A stretch of 29,339 bases of DNA from a virus (taxonomy: Duplodnaviria; Heunggongvirae; Uroviricota; Caudoviricetes), in the IMG/VR virus record IMGVR_UViG_2558860274_000008, positions 1-29,339 of that record, one strand, 5' to 3'. Position numbers and translations under genes: made by a program. Positions 18,437 through 26,263 of this stretch are shown in pieces. The stretch's first letter is position 1; every line of letters starts with the position of its first letter. Below the pieces are notes generated by a model. That model searched no databases and was not told where the DNA came from. It saw only the letters and a program-made list of their open reading frames with translations.

Positions 18437-18628
18437 CAGGAAGTCACCGAGCGTTTTTATGTGTGCACGGATCCGGGCTGTGGTCTGGTGTTTAAAACGC
18501 TTCAGACCATCAACCGTTTCATTGTCCGCCCGGTCACGCCGGACGAACTGGCAGAACGCCTGCATGAAAAACAGGAACTGCCGCCAGTACGCTTAAAAAC
18601 ACAATCATATTCGCTGCGTCTGGAATGA
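18437..18628 (+). pseudogene. C-terminal fragment of a Delta/Ogr-family zinc-finger activator
   Basis: ..ERFYVCTDPGCGLVFKTLQTINRFIVRPV.. parallels the second half of the intact Ogr in this window (..RYCQCQNINCGSTFVTHETVVRFIVTP..). The first Cys pair is missing. Confidence 0.55.
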
Positions 18629-18701
18629 GGGCTGCCGGTTAACACCGGCCGTCGCCGCACACCGTATTTTTATTCTTCAGCATGATGAGAAAGAGATAAC
18701 G

Positions 18702-19274
18702 ATGGAAAGCACAGCCTTACAGCAGGCCTTTGACACCTGTCAGAATAACAAAGCAGCATGGCTGCAACGCAAAAATGAGCTGGCAGCGGCCGAACAGGAA
18801 TACCTGCGGCTTCTGTCAGGAGAAGGCAGAAACGTCAGTCGCCTGGACGAATTACGCAATATTATCGAAGTCAGAAAATGGCAGGTGAATCAGGCCGCCG
18901 GTCGTTATATTCGTTCGCATGAAGCCGTTCAGCACATCAGCATCCGCGACCGGCTGAATGATTTTATGCAGCAGCACGGCACAGCACTGGCGGCGGCACT
19001 GGCACCGGAGCTGATGGGCTACAGTGAGCTGACGGCCATTGCCCGAAACTGTGCCATACAGCGTGCCACAGATGCCCTGCGTGAAGCCCTTCTGTCTTGG
19101 CTTGCGAAGGGTGAAAAAATTAATTATTCCGTACAGGATAGCGACATTTTAACGGCCATCGGATTCAGGCCTGACGCGGCTTCGGTGGATGACAGCCGTG
19201 AAAAATTCACTCCTGCGCAGAACATGATTTTTTCGCGTAAAAGTGCGCAACTGGCATCACGTCAGTCTGTGTAA
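18702..19274 (+). CDS. psu: P4 Psu-like protein (polarity suppression / capsid decoration)
   Basis: 190-aa ORF that is recognisably Psu-like from memory. Sits between the delta remnant and cos, as in P4. Confidence 0.8.
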   Translation: MESTALQQAFDTCQNNKAAWLQRKNELAAAEQEYLRLLSGEGRNVSRLDELRNIIEVRKWQVNQAAGRYIRSHEAVQHISIRDRLNDFMQQHGTALAAALAPELMGYSELTAIARNCAIQRATDALREALLSWLAKGEKINYSVQDSDILTAIGFRPDAASVDDSREKFTPAQNMIFSRKSAQLASRQSV

Positions 19275-19310
19275 AATTCCCCGAAAATCCGCCCGTTTTT
19301 ACTGAAAAAA

Positions 19311-19350
19311 GCCATGCATCGATAAGGTGCATGGCTTTGCATGCGTTTTC
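19311..19350 (+). terminator. Terminator-like hairpin after psu
   Basis: GCCATGCA-tcgataagg-TGCATGGC followed by TTTGCATGCGTTTTC. Confidence 0.5.
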
Positions 19351-19438
19351 ACGTCTCATTTTCTGTATACCAGGCCACGCCCGGCACGGCCTGAGCGTGT
19401 CAGTGCAACTGCATTAAAACCGCTCCGCAAAGCGGGCG

Positions 19439-19457
19439 GGCGAGGCGGGGAAAGCAC
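19439..19457. other. P2/P4-type cos site (19-nt cohesive-end sequence)
   Basis: GGCGAGGCGGGGAAAGCAC, matching the cohesive-end sequence I recall for P2/P4, in the expected position after psu. Confidence 0.75.
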
Positions 19458-19710
19458 TGCGCGCCGGGCTAAAGAATGGAAAATCTTTTCCTTGTACTGA
19501 GCATGCTTGTTGAAAACAGGTTAATAGGCCTCTCGGAGTATTGAATTGCGAGTTTTACTACAACTCTTGATGCTAATATATTGATTGTCTTAAAATAATT
19601 ACTGGCAATGAGGCTCGAAGTCAATGTTGCTATTTTTATTATGGATACGTTGAATACACAGAGTGGTCGCCTTCTTGTTATGCGATTAACTTTCAATTTA
19701 GGGGGGGAGA

Positions 19711-20592
19711 ATGGATTGGAATGTTTTTTTTAGTACTATTAGCCAGACGTCAGGTGCAATTGTCGGAATATTTTCAGCATTTCTAATAACTAAGATAATA
19801 TCTAATCAGTCTGATTTTTCAAGAATGAAGGAACGAGTGTCCTTTCTTATTAATAAGTCTAAAGCCTTGAGTTTAGAAGCGAACTCCAGATATTTTGATT
19901 GGTATAATAGACGAACGCGAGAGCGAGAATTGGATAAGTTAAAGGGTATGTTTGATGAAAGTGATGAGTTTTTATCCGCAGAGGAATATTATGAGAGGCT
20001 TGATTTTTCGCCGTTTGAATTAAGAGATGATGTCTTGGTGTACATACGCAATGCTATTGAGGCGCGTAAAGAGGAAGAAAAAAGACAGATAGGTTATTAC
20101 GGGATTATGCCCACTTTAAGAATGCCTGTAAGTATCTTGAGTAATGATGTCCAGGAAGAGTTCGAACTCATTGATGCTCTCAAAGTTAGGATTCTAGCAA
20201 ATATAAATGACATTATTTATGTTCATGACGAGATTGTAAAAGAAAAGTATGGTAAAAATCTGATAACAATCTCGATTGTTGCATCATCCCTTTTATTTAT
20301 ATTGGGCGTTATTTATCCGCTTAGTTTTATCCCTAAAGCTATTGGTGAAGATATTAACATTACTTTTATGGCATTTTTTGATGTTTTGTTTTCTATTAAA
20401 GGTTTTTTTCTTTCTTTGCTTGCCATTGTTTTTTTGAGTTTGATGTTAGCATTTCTATATATTAACATAACACTGCGATTTGAGAGTGAGGTAATATCAG
20501 AACTTGAATTCTATATGAATATAAGTGCCTATTCTGAATACTTTGGAAACGAGTATAAAAATAGTGTCCATTTAAAAGAGATGTCCGTGTAA
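19711..20592 (+). CDS. Hypothetical membrane protein (N-terminal TM helix, about 150-aa soluble region, two C-terminal TM segments); cargo in the P4-like cos-to-int slot
   Basis: 293-aa AT-rich ORF with a G-rich SD directly upstream. Hydrophobic segments at about residues 5-28, 187-208 and 217-250. No recognisable catalytic motif. Confidence 0.7.
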   Translation: MDWNVFFSTISQTSGAIVGIFSAFLITKIISNQSDFSRMKERVSFLINKSKALSLEANSRYFDWYNRRTRERELDKLKGMFDESDEFLSAEEYYERLDFSPFELRDDVLVYIRNAIEARKEEEKRQIGYYGIMPTLRMPVSILSNDVQEEFELIDALKVRILANINDIIYVHDEIVKEKYGKNLITISIVASSLLFILGVIYPLSFIPKAIGEDINITFMAFFDVLFSIKGFFLSLLAIVFLSLMLAFLYINITLRFESEVISELEFYMNISAYSEYFGNEYKNSVHLKEMSV

Positions 20593-20645
20593 TGAATTTA
20601 TTGAGGCCATTTCTTGGCCTCAATAAATGCTAAAGAGAGACGATT

Positions 20646-20819
20646 TTAAGGTATTTTTATTCCAACCTTAAACTCTTCGTTGTCTCTGAATTTTTCAAGT
20701 GATTCTCGTAAATAGATAGTTTGAATATCTGTGGGGATGAATTTTATCGCCATTCCGTCAAGGCATGTTTTTATATATTTACTAACGTCTTCAATATATT
20801 GATGGTGGTTATTTGACAT
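20646..20819 (-). CDS. Small hypothetical protein (57 aa) immediately downstream of int
   Basis: Not in the ORF track (below length cutoff). ATG preceded by AAGGAG at a 6-nt spacing. Convergent with the 293-aa gene. Confidence 0.4.
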   Translation of the reverse strand: MSNNHHQYIEDVSKYIKTCLDGMAIKFIPTDIQTIYLRESLEKFRDNEEFKVGIKIP

Positions 20820-20846
20820 TTAAAACTCCTTTGCCGTGCAATCTTT

Positions 20847-22058
20847 TTAAATCGCTTGCATGAGGAGGTGGCGATTGTGCACAAATTCCCCCCACCAATT
20901 CATCAAGTCTATACGTTGTTCTAGGTAAGTTGAACGATTGTATGCTCTGCGAACTTCATTTTTATCACTGTGAGCAAGTGCCGCTTCAATTACGTCCGGA
21001 TTAAAACCAGCTTCATTTAGCGCGGTACTTGCTATAGAACGTAATCCATGAGCAACAAGCTTCCCACCATAACCAATGCGCTTAAGTGCAGCATTAGCAG
21101 TCTGGCTATTCATTGGTTGTTTAGGATCATTCCTACTTGGAAAAATATGTTCACGATGAGCACTGATTGGCTTCATCACTTCCAGAATCTCTAATGCCTG
21201 AGAAGACAGTGGGACAATATGCTTGCGTTTCGCCTTCATCCGTTCGGCTGGAATCGTCCAGAACTTTGAATCGAGATCGATCTCTGCCCACCGAGCACCG
21301 GAGGCCTCAGAAGGGCGCACAATGGTCAGGAGTTGCCATTCAATTAGACAGCGAGTCGGAACAGACAGATTAGACATAACCAAAGAACGCATCAGCTTTG
21401 GTAATTCTTCTGGCCGGAGCGTCGGCATGTTTTGCTTTTTAGGTTTCTCAAAAGCCATCCCAATACCTGATGCTGGATTGGCATCAATCAGACCAGTGTT
21501 TACGGCATAAATCATTATCTCGTTAATGCGCTGCACCAGACGACGTACCGTCTCTAGCGCCCCACGTGCTTTGATTGGCTCAAGGGCTTCAACAAGTGTT
21601 CGGGCTTTGATTTGCTGAACTGGGATCTCACCGATGGCAGGGAATACATCTTTTTCTAGTGAACGCCAAATGTCTTTCGCGTAATCAGGGGTAACGCTTT
21701 TGCTTTTAAGCTGGAACCAGTTAGCGGCGACTGTTGAAAAAATACTGTCCAGTGCGATTTGCTGCTGTTCCTCTGCAATTTCAGCTTGAATTTGCGGGTC
21801 AATTCCGTTGGCTAACAAGGAAAGGTAATCCGCTCTTAACCGTCGGGCGTCAGCAAGTGAAAGGGCGGGGAAGGCTCCTAGCCCCATCATTGTTCGCTGC
21901 TTTGTTGCTGGACGTTGATAACGGAAACGCCATAACTTCTTACCGTTCGTTTTAACGAGCAGAAAAAGACCATCGCCATCATGCAACGTTAGATCCTTTT
22001 CTAACGCTTTAGCGCGCAGAACTTCTGTGTTGGTCAGGGGGCGTGTCGTTCTTGCCAC
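20847..22058 (-). CDS. int: P4-type tyrosine integrase
   Basis: 403-aa ORF with a GTG start preceded by GAAGGAG. N-terminus MARTTRPLTNTEV...DGDGLFLLV and a tyrosine-recombinase C-terminal pattern. Adjacent to the ssrA 3'-end repeat. Confidence 0.9.
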   Translation of the reverse strand: MARTTRPLTNTEVLRAKALEKDLTLHDGDGLFLLVKTNGKKLWRFRYQRPATKQRTMMGLGAFPALSLADARRLRADYLSLLANGIDPQIQAEIAEEQQQIALDSIFSTVAANWFQLKSKSVTPDYAKDIWRSLEKDVFPAIGEIPVQQIKARTLVEALEPIKARGALETVRRLVQRINEIMIYAVNTGLIDANPASGIGMAFEKPKKQNMPTLRPEELPKLMRSLVMSNLSVPTRCLIEWQLLTIVRPSEASGARWAEIDLDSKFWTIPAERMKAKRKHIVPLSSQALEILEVMKPISAHREHIFPSRNDPKQPMNSQTANAALKRIGYGGKLVAHGLRSIASTALNEAGFNPDVIEAALAHSDKNEVRRAYNRSTYLEQRIDLMNWWGEFVHNRHLLMQAI

Positions 22059-22080
22059 TTTGGCCGCTCCTTCATGAATT

Positions 22081-22128
22081 GGTATACGCGTTTAGGTATA
22101 CATCCTACCGTATACCTAAACGTATACC
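22081..22128. promoter_or_regulatory. Inverted repeat in the int upstream region
   Basis: GGTATACGCGTTTAGGTATAC (22081-22101) and GTATACCTAAACGTATACC (22110-22128) are near-perfect reverse complements. Confidence 0.45.
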
Positions 22129-22174
22129 AATAATCACTGGATTTAGCTGGATATCCTCGGACAACGGTAGACAC

Positions 22175-22207
22175 AAAAAAGCCCGCAGAGCTTGTGCCAT
22201 GCGGGCT
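22175..22207 (-). terminator. Rho-independent terminator (minus strand) just downstream of the ssrA 3'-end repeat
   Basis: AGCCCGCATGGCACAAGCTCTGCGGGCT followed by TTTTTTG on the minus strand. Confidence 0.65.
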
Positions 22208-22242
22208 TTCAGGATTTCTCCGGACGTATCCGGAAGAGCAAG

Positions 22243-22287
22243 TGGTGGAGCTGGCGGGAGTTGAACCCGCGTCCGAAATTCCTACAT
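22243..22287. repeat. Direct repeat of the ssrA 3' end (att core) between the P2-like and P4-like remnants
   Basis: 45-bp exact match to 28280-28324 (TGGTGGAGCTGGCGGGAGTTGAACCCGCGTCCGAAATTCCTACAT). Confidence 0.9.
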
Positions 22288-22411
22288 ACCATTTTTACTA
22301 TAATAAAAACAGTTATTTATTTTTTAAATCAGTATGTTAGTGTTATTTGGTGTTTCTCCGTTTTATGTGTTTTTAATGTTCTGCCGCCAAAGTGTCGCCA
22401 CTATTGCTGGC

Positions 22412-23599
22412 CTATCTAATAGGTGAATAATCAAATAAGCGATCCATACAAACTTCCAGTTTATAAAAGTCAGTTAATGGGTAAAGTCTGATTATGTCAC
22501 TATCAAAATCAGTAATGCCAGATAGCCTTTCTTTTCGAGCAAGAAATCTGATAGCTTTCCCCTGCTCAGATGTTTTAGGGATTGCATTCTGATACTCTAA
22601 TGTTTTTAAAACCTGCCATGAAACAGGTGGAGTAAAATCAAATAATGATGACAACCTTGGGCAAAAATCTTTTTGAGTCGTTTGTCTATATGTGGCTTTG
22701 GGGGGTAATACAACATTTATTGAAAGTTTTGAACCTAGACTTTTTTTCATTTTCGTTGATGAATAGGCTATGCCAGATATTGGAGATTGACCCCGTGTGC
22801 TTATCCACTGCATGAGTAAATTAGGTATTATATATTCTTGCGTAAAACTTGAGTTTTCATGTGTTTTTATATAGCTACATGAGAAAATTAAGGGCCAGAG
22901 AACCAAATACGAAGCTTTGATATAATTATTTGTTCTTAACTCTTCGCTGCTCCATTCTTTAGTATTGATTGAGGTTTTCAGTTGTGGAACAAAGTTAAGG
23001 ATTTTAGATTTAGTATCTTGTGATATGAATGAGGATATATATAGTTTATCAAAATCTGGTTTGTCCATTTCTTGCCAGCATACATATAGAGATGAACCTA
23101 GATATAAACAGGGGAGTCCCGCTACTGAGTAACGTTGAGCACTGACAAGGTGTCGGCAGGAAAATGGTATATGGAAAATATCTTCCCTGTTAAGTAATGG
23201 CTTGTCTGATTTGCGTACTCTATAGAGTGGTTGATCATAATTACATATTTCCTTAAGGGGGATTGTGATTCTTTGAATATGCTTATTAATAAGATTGTCT
23301 GAAAAAGTGTCATCGAAAATATCATATGCCTCTTTGATGTCACCCGCTAAAAACTCTTGAAGGCTCTCGGTTATTCCTAGTTGTATTTTTAATACTCGCT
23401 TTATTAGCAGATCAATATTAAGCCTGGTTTTGTTTTTAATTTTAAATTCATTTAAAAAATTAAGGTATTCATTGCAGCGAGAGTTAAAATCAGAAACGAT
23501 GTCACCTTTAGGTTTAAAAGGTGGCATTAAATCCTCATTACTATACAACTCATTCAGCATCATATTTAACTGAGTTTCAACATCTCTATCCTGTTGCAT
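22412..23599 (-). CDS. Hypothetical protein with a RES-domain-like region and an N-terminal extension of about 120 aa
   Basis: 395-aa AT-rich ORF starting 7 nt after the int stop. Segment PLYRVRKS...FHIPFSCRHLVSAQRYSVAGLPCLYLGSSLYVCWQE matches the RES-domain pattern. No adjacent small antitoxin-like ORF. Confidence 0.6.
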   Translation of the reverse strand: MQQDRDVETQLNMMLNELYSNEDLMPPFKPKGDIVSDFNSRCNEYLNFLNEFKIKNKTRLNIDLLIKRVLKIQLGITESLQEFLAGDIKEAYDIFDDTFSDNLINKHIQRITIPLKEICNYDQPLYRVRKSDKPLLNREDIFHIPFSCRHLVSAQRYSVAGLPCLYLGSSLYVCWQEMDKPDFDKLYISSFISQDTKSKILNFVPQLKTSINTKEWSSEELRTNNYIKASYLVLWPLIFSCSYIKTHENSSFTQEYIIPNLLMQWISTRGQSPISGIAYSSTKMKKSLGSKLSINVVLPPKATYRQTTQKDFCPRLSSLFDFTPPVSWQVLKTLEYQNAIPKTSEQGKAIRFLARKERLSGITDFDSDIIRLYPLTDFYKLEVCMDRLFDYSPIR

Positions 23600-23606
23600 T
23601 CTTTTC

Positions 23607-24623
23607 TCACTTTAATAAATTTAGTGGATTTTTAGTCACCGCGTCTTCTAAATGATCTGGAGAAAAATGAGCGTAGATCATCGTCATTTTTATATCCGCA
23701 TGTCCTAGAATATCGCGCAGCACCAGTATGTTTCCGCCATTCATCATAAAGTGGCTGGCAAATGTATGGCGCAGGACGTGGGTGCATTGGCCTTCCGGTA
23801 GTTCGATACCGGCCCGTTTTACCGCCCGTTCAAAGGCTTTTCTGCATGGTGTGAATAACTTCCCTCGTTTTTTGGGGAGTTCGTTGTACAGTTCCTGAGA
23901 AATAGGTACGGTTCGGTTTTTCTTGCCCTTTGTCTTGGTATAAGTTATACGGTATTTTGATAACTGATGACCCTGCAGGTTTTCGGCTTCACTCCAGCGC
24001 GCGCCTGTGGCTAAGCATATTTTTGCAATCAAAAGTAGGCTGGGATTTTGAGAATCAGCACAGGCATTCAGCAAGCGTTTTATTTCTTCCTGTGTCAGAA
24101 ATGCCAGTTCGCCCTCTGCAATTTTAAATGTTGGTAGACCGGCGAGTGGGTTGGGGGCGGACCAGTGGCCTAATTTTTTTAAAGTTCCAAAAACTGATGA
24201 TAGATTGCGTTGTTCAAGGTTTACTGTTCGAGGCTTAACCGGCGACATAAACACACCATCAATGTTTTTAACGTCACCTTTTAGTCGCGCTTCCCGATAC
24301 TTAGTGAAATCACCTGCTGTCAATTCAGAGGCTATGGGATCACCAAGTCCACCACAAATGATTTTTAATTTCGCCATTAAACGCTTGGGGTCAGCGAGAG
24401 TTCGACCATACAGGGAATACCACAGCTCAATTAATTCTGACAGGTGCCGCCGATCATCCTTTTCACCTAACCACGGTTTTTTGTTCACCTCTTCCATAGT
24501 GAAGCTTTCAAACGCAATGGCTTCGCCTTTCGTAGCAAATTGCTTACGTACGCGTTTGCCATTGCGTCCATTGGGATAGCACTCACACAACCATTTACCG
24601 TTTGGCTGTTTTCTGACAGTCAT
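23607..24623 (-). CDS. int: P2-type tyrosine integrase
   Basis: 338-aa ORF (MTVRKQPNGKWLCECYPNG...ICLATGARWSEAE...HVLRHTFASHFMMNGGNILVLRDILGH...MTMIYAHF), directly downstream of the repressor gene as in P2/186. Confidence 0.92.
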   Translation of the reverse strand: MTVRKQPNGKWLCECYPNGRNGKRVRKQFATKGEAIAFESFTMEEVNKKPWLGEKDDRRHLSELIELWYSLYGRTLADPKRLMAKLKIICGGLGDPIASELTAGDFTKYREARLKGDVKNIDGVFMSPVKPRTVNLEQRNLSSVFGTLKKLGHWSAPNPLAGLPTFKIAEGELAFLTQEEIKRLLNACADSQNPSLLLIAKICLATGARWSEAENLQGHQLSKYRITYTKTKGKKNRTVPISQELYNELPKKRGKLFTPCRKAFERAVKRAGIELPEGQCTHVLRHTFASHFMMNGGNILVLRDILGHADIKMTMIYAHFSPDHLEDAVTKNPLNLLK

Positions 24624-24625
24624 GT

Positions 24626-25258
24626 TTAGATACTCTTTATTACTTTGACTGCGCGCCCAATAACTTCCACATCATCAGCAGAGCACTCGAAAGACGCTTC
24701 ATCTTGATTTACTACAATCTTATTGCCGGGAATCCGCATGATTTTTGCAATAATAATCATTCCATCAATATTGATAAGCCAGAATCCATTGCTGACTTGT
24801 TTAACTGATTTATCGATGAGATAACAATCAGTAGGGGTTTCTAAGAACATCGATTCTTCATAATGTGCAGGTAATATGCTGTGGTCTAGAAAAATCTTTT
24901 CATCAATACGGAGTTTTCCATTCTCCAAGGTTCCTTTAGGAATAGATGGAGTTACGAGTTTGGATAACGGTCTAATCGCTAGTTTGTTCTCATTATGAGA
25001 ACTTTTTTCAGGCTCACATTCTTCTTTCATGCTTCCCTGTCCTGTTGCTAACCAAAGCAACGAAACACCAGTTTCTAGTGCGCACTGAATTATCCAGTCA
25101 GCAGGAAAGCTATCACGTAACACTCTGTTTGCCATAGTGCTTTTTGAGACATTCAGATGCTCGCTTAATGCCTGCTTAGTTGTGAATCCATAAGCCTCAA
25201 GCAGCCTCTCAATAGCTGCCTTACCTCCCGTATCGGAACCCATTCTGATGTTTAACAT
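24626..25258 (-). CDS. cI: Phage CI-type repressor (N-terminal HTH)
   Basis: 210-aa ORF with HTH region TKQALSEHLNVSKSTMANRVLRDSFP. Divergent from the cox-like gene, with a strong SD. Confidence 0.8.
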   Translation of the reverse strand: MLNIRMGSDTGGKAAIERLLEAYGFTTKQALSEHLNVSKSTMANRVLRDSFPADWIIQCALETGVSLLWLATGQGSMKEECEPEKSSHNENKLAIRPLSKLVTPSIPKGTLENGKLRIDEKIFLDHSILPAHYEESMFLETPTDCYLIDKSVKQVSNGFWLINIDGMIIIAKIMRIPGNKIVVNQDEASFECSADDVEVIGRAVKVIKSI

Positions 25259-25271
25259 TGGTAATCTCCAT

Positions 25272-25300
25272 TTGACAATCTTGAATCAAGATCGTAATGT
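25272..25300 (+). promoter_or_regulatory. Sigma70-like promoter for the rightward (cox-like) transcript with an embedded operator-like palindrome
   Basis: TTGACA (25272-25277), 17-bp spacer, TAATGT (25295-25300). The spacer contains the perfect palindrome ATCTTGA-A-TCAAGAT (25278-25292). Direct repeat CTAAAACG x2 lies at 25335-25354. Confidence 0.5.
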
Positions 25301-25379
25301 CTTCATGTCTCTTGATGTGAGATTTTAAGAGACGAGCTAAAACGAACTAAAACGCACACAAAGTAAGAGATACTGCACT

Positions 25380-25781
25380 ATGAGCAACGACATTTCAATT
25401 CGTGTACCAAAAGTGATGGCGACCCCTGCAGAGTTCGCGGAATGGGAAGGCCGATCTCGTGGTTCGGTATATCAAATGATTCACAATGGTAAACTTGCTA
25501 AGTTTTTGGAAAAAAAGGAAAAATCGAAAGACAGAGTATGTATACGTTACCTTGAGTACAAAAAGGAACAAGTCAGGAAAAACATGGGCCACCCGATCTA
25601 TTACCACGGTGAGCACCGCCACCGGATTGAGGCACCGACGCAGATCATCATTCAGACGCAGCCAGGACAAAGTGCGCAGGATATTGCGCGGGAGGTGGCA
25701 CGCCAGCTTGATGAACGTGAACGCAGGCTGAAGGCAAAAGCCAGGAGTAACTACAGCGATCAGGGGGGATACGACGCATGA
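25380..25781 (+). CDS. Cox/Apl-like HTH N-terminus continuous with the 3' end of the tail gene preceding U (probable deletion fusion)
   Basis: 133-aa ORF. N-terminus (..ATPAEFAEWEGRSRGSVYQMIHNGKL..) is excisionase/Cox-like. Its stop overlaps the U start (ATGA), as expected for the gene upstream of U in P2 (T). The junction is not precisely located. Confidence 0.5.
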   Translation: MSNDISIRVPKVMATPAEFAEWEGRSRGSVYQMIHNGKLAKFLEKKEKSKDRVCIRYLEYKKEQVRKNMGHPIYYHGEHRHRIEAPTQIIIQTQPGQSAQDIAREVARQLDERERRLKAKARSNYSDQGGYDA

Positions 25782-26263
25782 TGATGGTGCTGGGATTGTA
25801 CGTGTTTATGCTGCGCACCGTTCCGTATCAGGAACTGCAGTATCAACGCAGCTGGCGACATGCGGCAAACAGCCGGGTAAACCGTCGTCCGTCCACGCAG
25901 TTTCTGGGACCGGACAACGACATGCTGACGCTTTCTGGTGTTCTTATGCCGGAGATAACGGGCGGCAGGCTGTCGTTGCTGGCTCTGGAGCAGATGGCAG
26001 AACAGGGAAAAGCATGGCCCCTGATTGAAGGCAGCGGCACGATTTACGGCATGTATGTGATTGAGGGACTGAATCTGACTAAAACGGAGTTTTTCCGCGA
26101 CGGTATGCCGCGCCGGATTGAGTTCACCCTGTCGCTCAAACGGGTGGATGAATCCCTGTCCGATATGTTCGGTGATCTCAGTACGCAACTGAATAATCTG
26201 CAGGACACGGCAACATCTGCCTTAAGTGATATCAGTAAAACGGTGGGAGGGCTGCTGTCGTGA
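25778..26263 (+). CDS. U: P2 gpU-like tail protein
   Basis: 161-aa ORF (MMMVLGLYVFMLRTVPYQELQYQRSWRH...LGPDNDMLTLSGVL...) recognisable as P2 U from memory. Confidence 0.9.
   Translation: MMMVLGLYVFMLRTVPYQELQYQRSWRHAANSRVNRRPSTQFLGPDNDMLTLSGVLMPEITGGRLSLLALEQMAEQGKAWPLIEGSGTIYGMYVIEGLNLTKTEFFRDGMPRRIEFTLSLKRVDESLSDMFGDLSTQLNNLQDTATSALSDISKTVGGLLS

Larger units (their letters stand above)
17702..22242 (-). mobile_element. P4-like satellite prophage remnant (crr, alpha fragment, delta fragment, psu, cos, cargo, int)
   Basis: Bounded by ssrA 3'-end repeats. Gene order and orientation match an integrated P4 as I recall it, with an internal deletion removing most of alpha through delta. Confidence 0.75.

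Noticed and set aside
18285-18596. 103-aa plus-strand ORF overlapping the alpha fragment
   Set aside because: Antisense to the primase-tail fragment and out of frame with the delta-like fragment. No coherent domain signature.
19469-19696. 75-aa minus-strand ORF upstream of the 293-aa membrane gene
   Set aside because: Overlaps the promoter/SD region of the plus-strand gene, has no SD, and has a low-complexity composition.
22043-22419. ORFs 22043-22264 and 22192-22419 spanning the att repeat and terminator
   Set aside because: They run through the ssrA 3'-end repeat and the terminator hairpin, which are structural elements rather than coding sequence.
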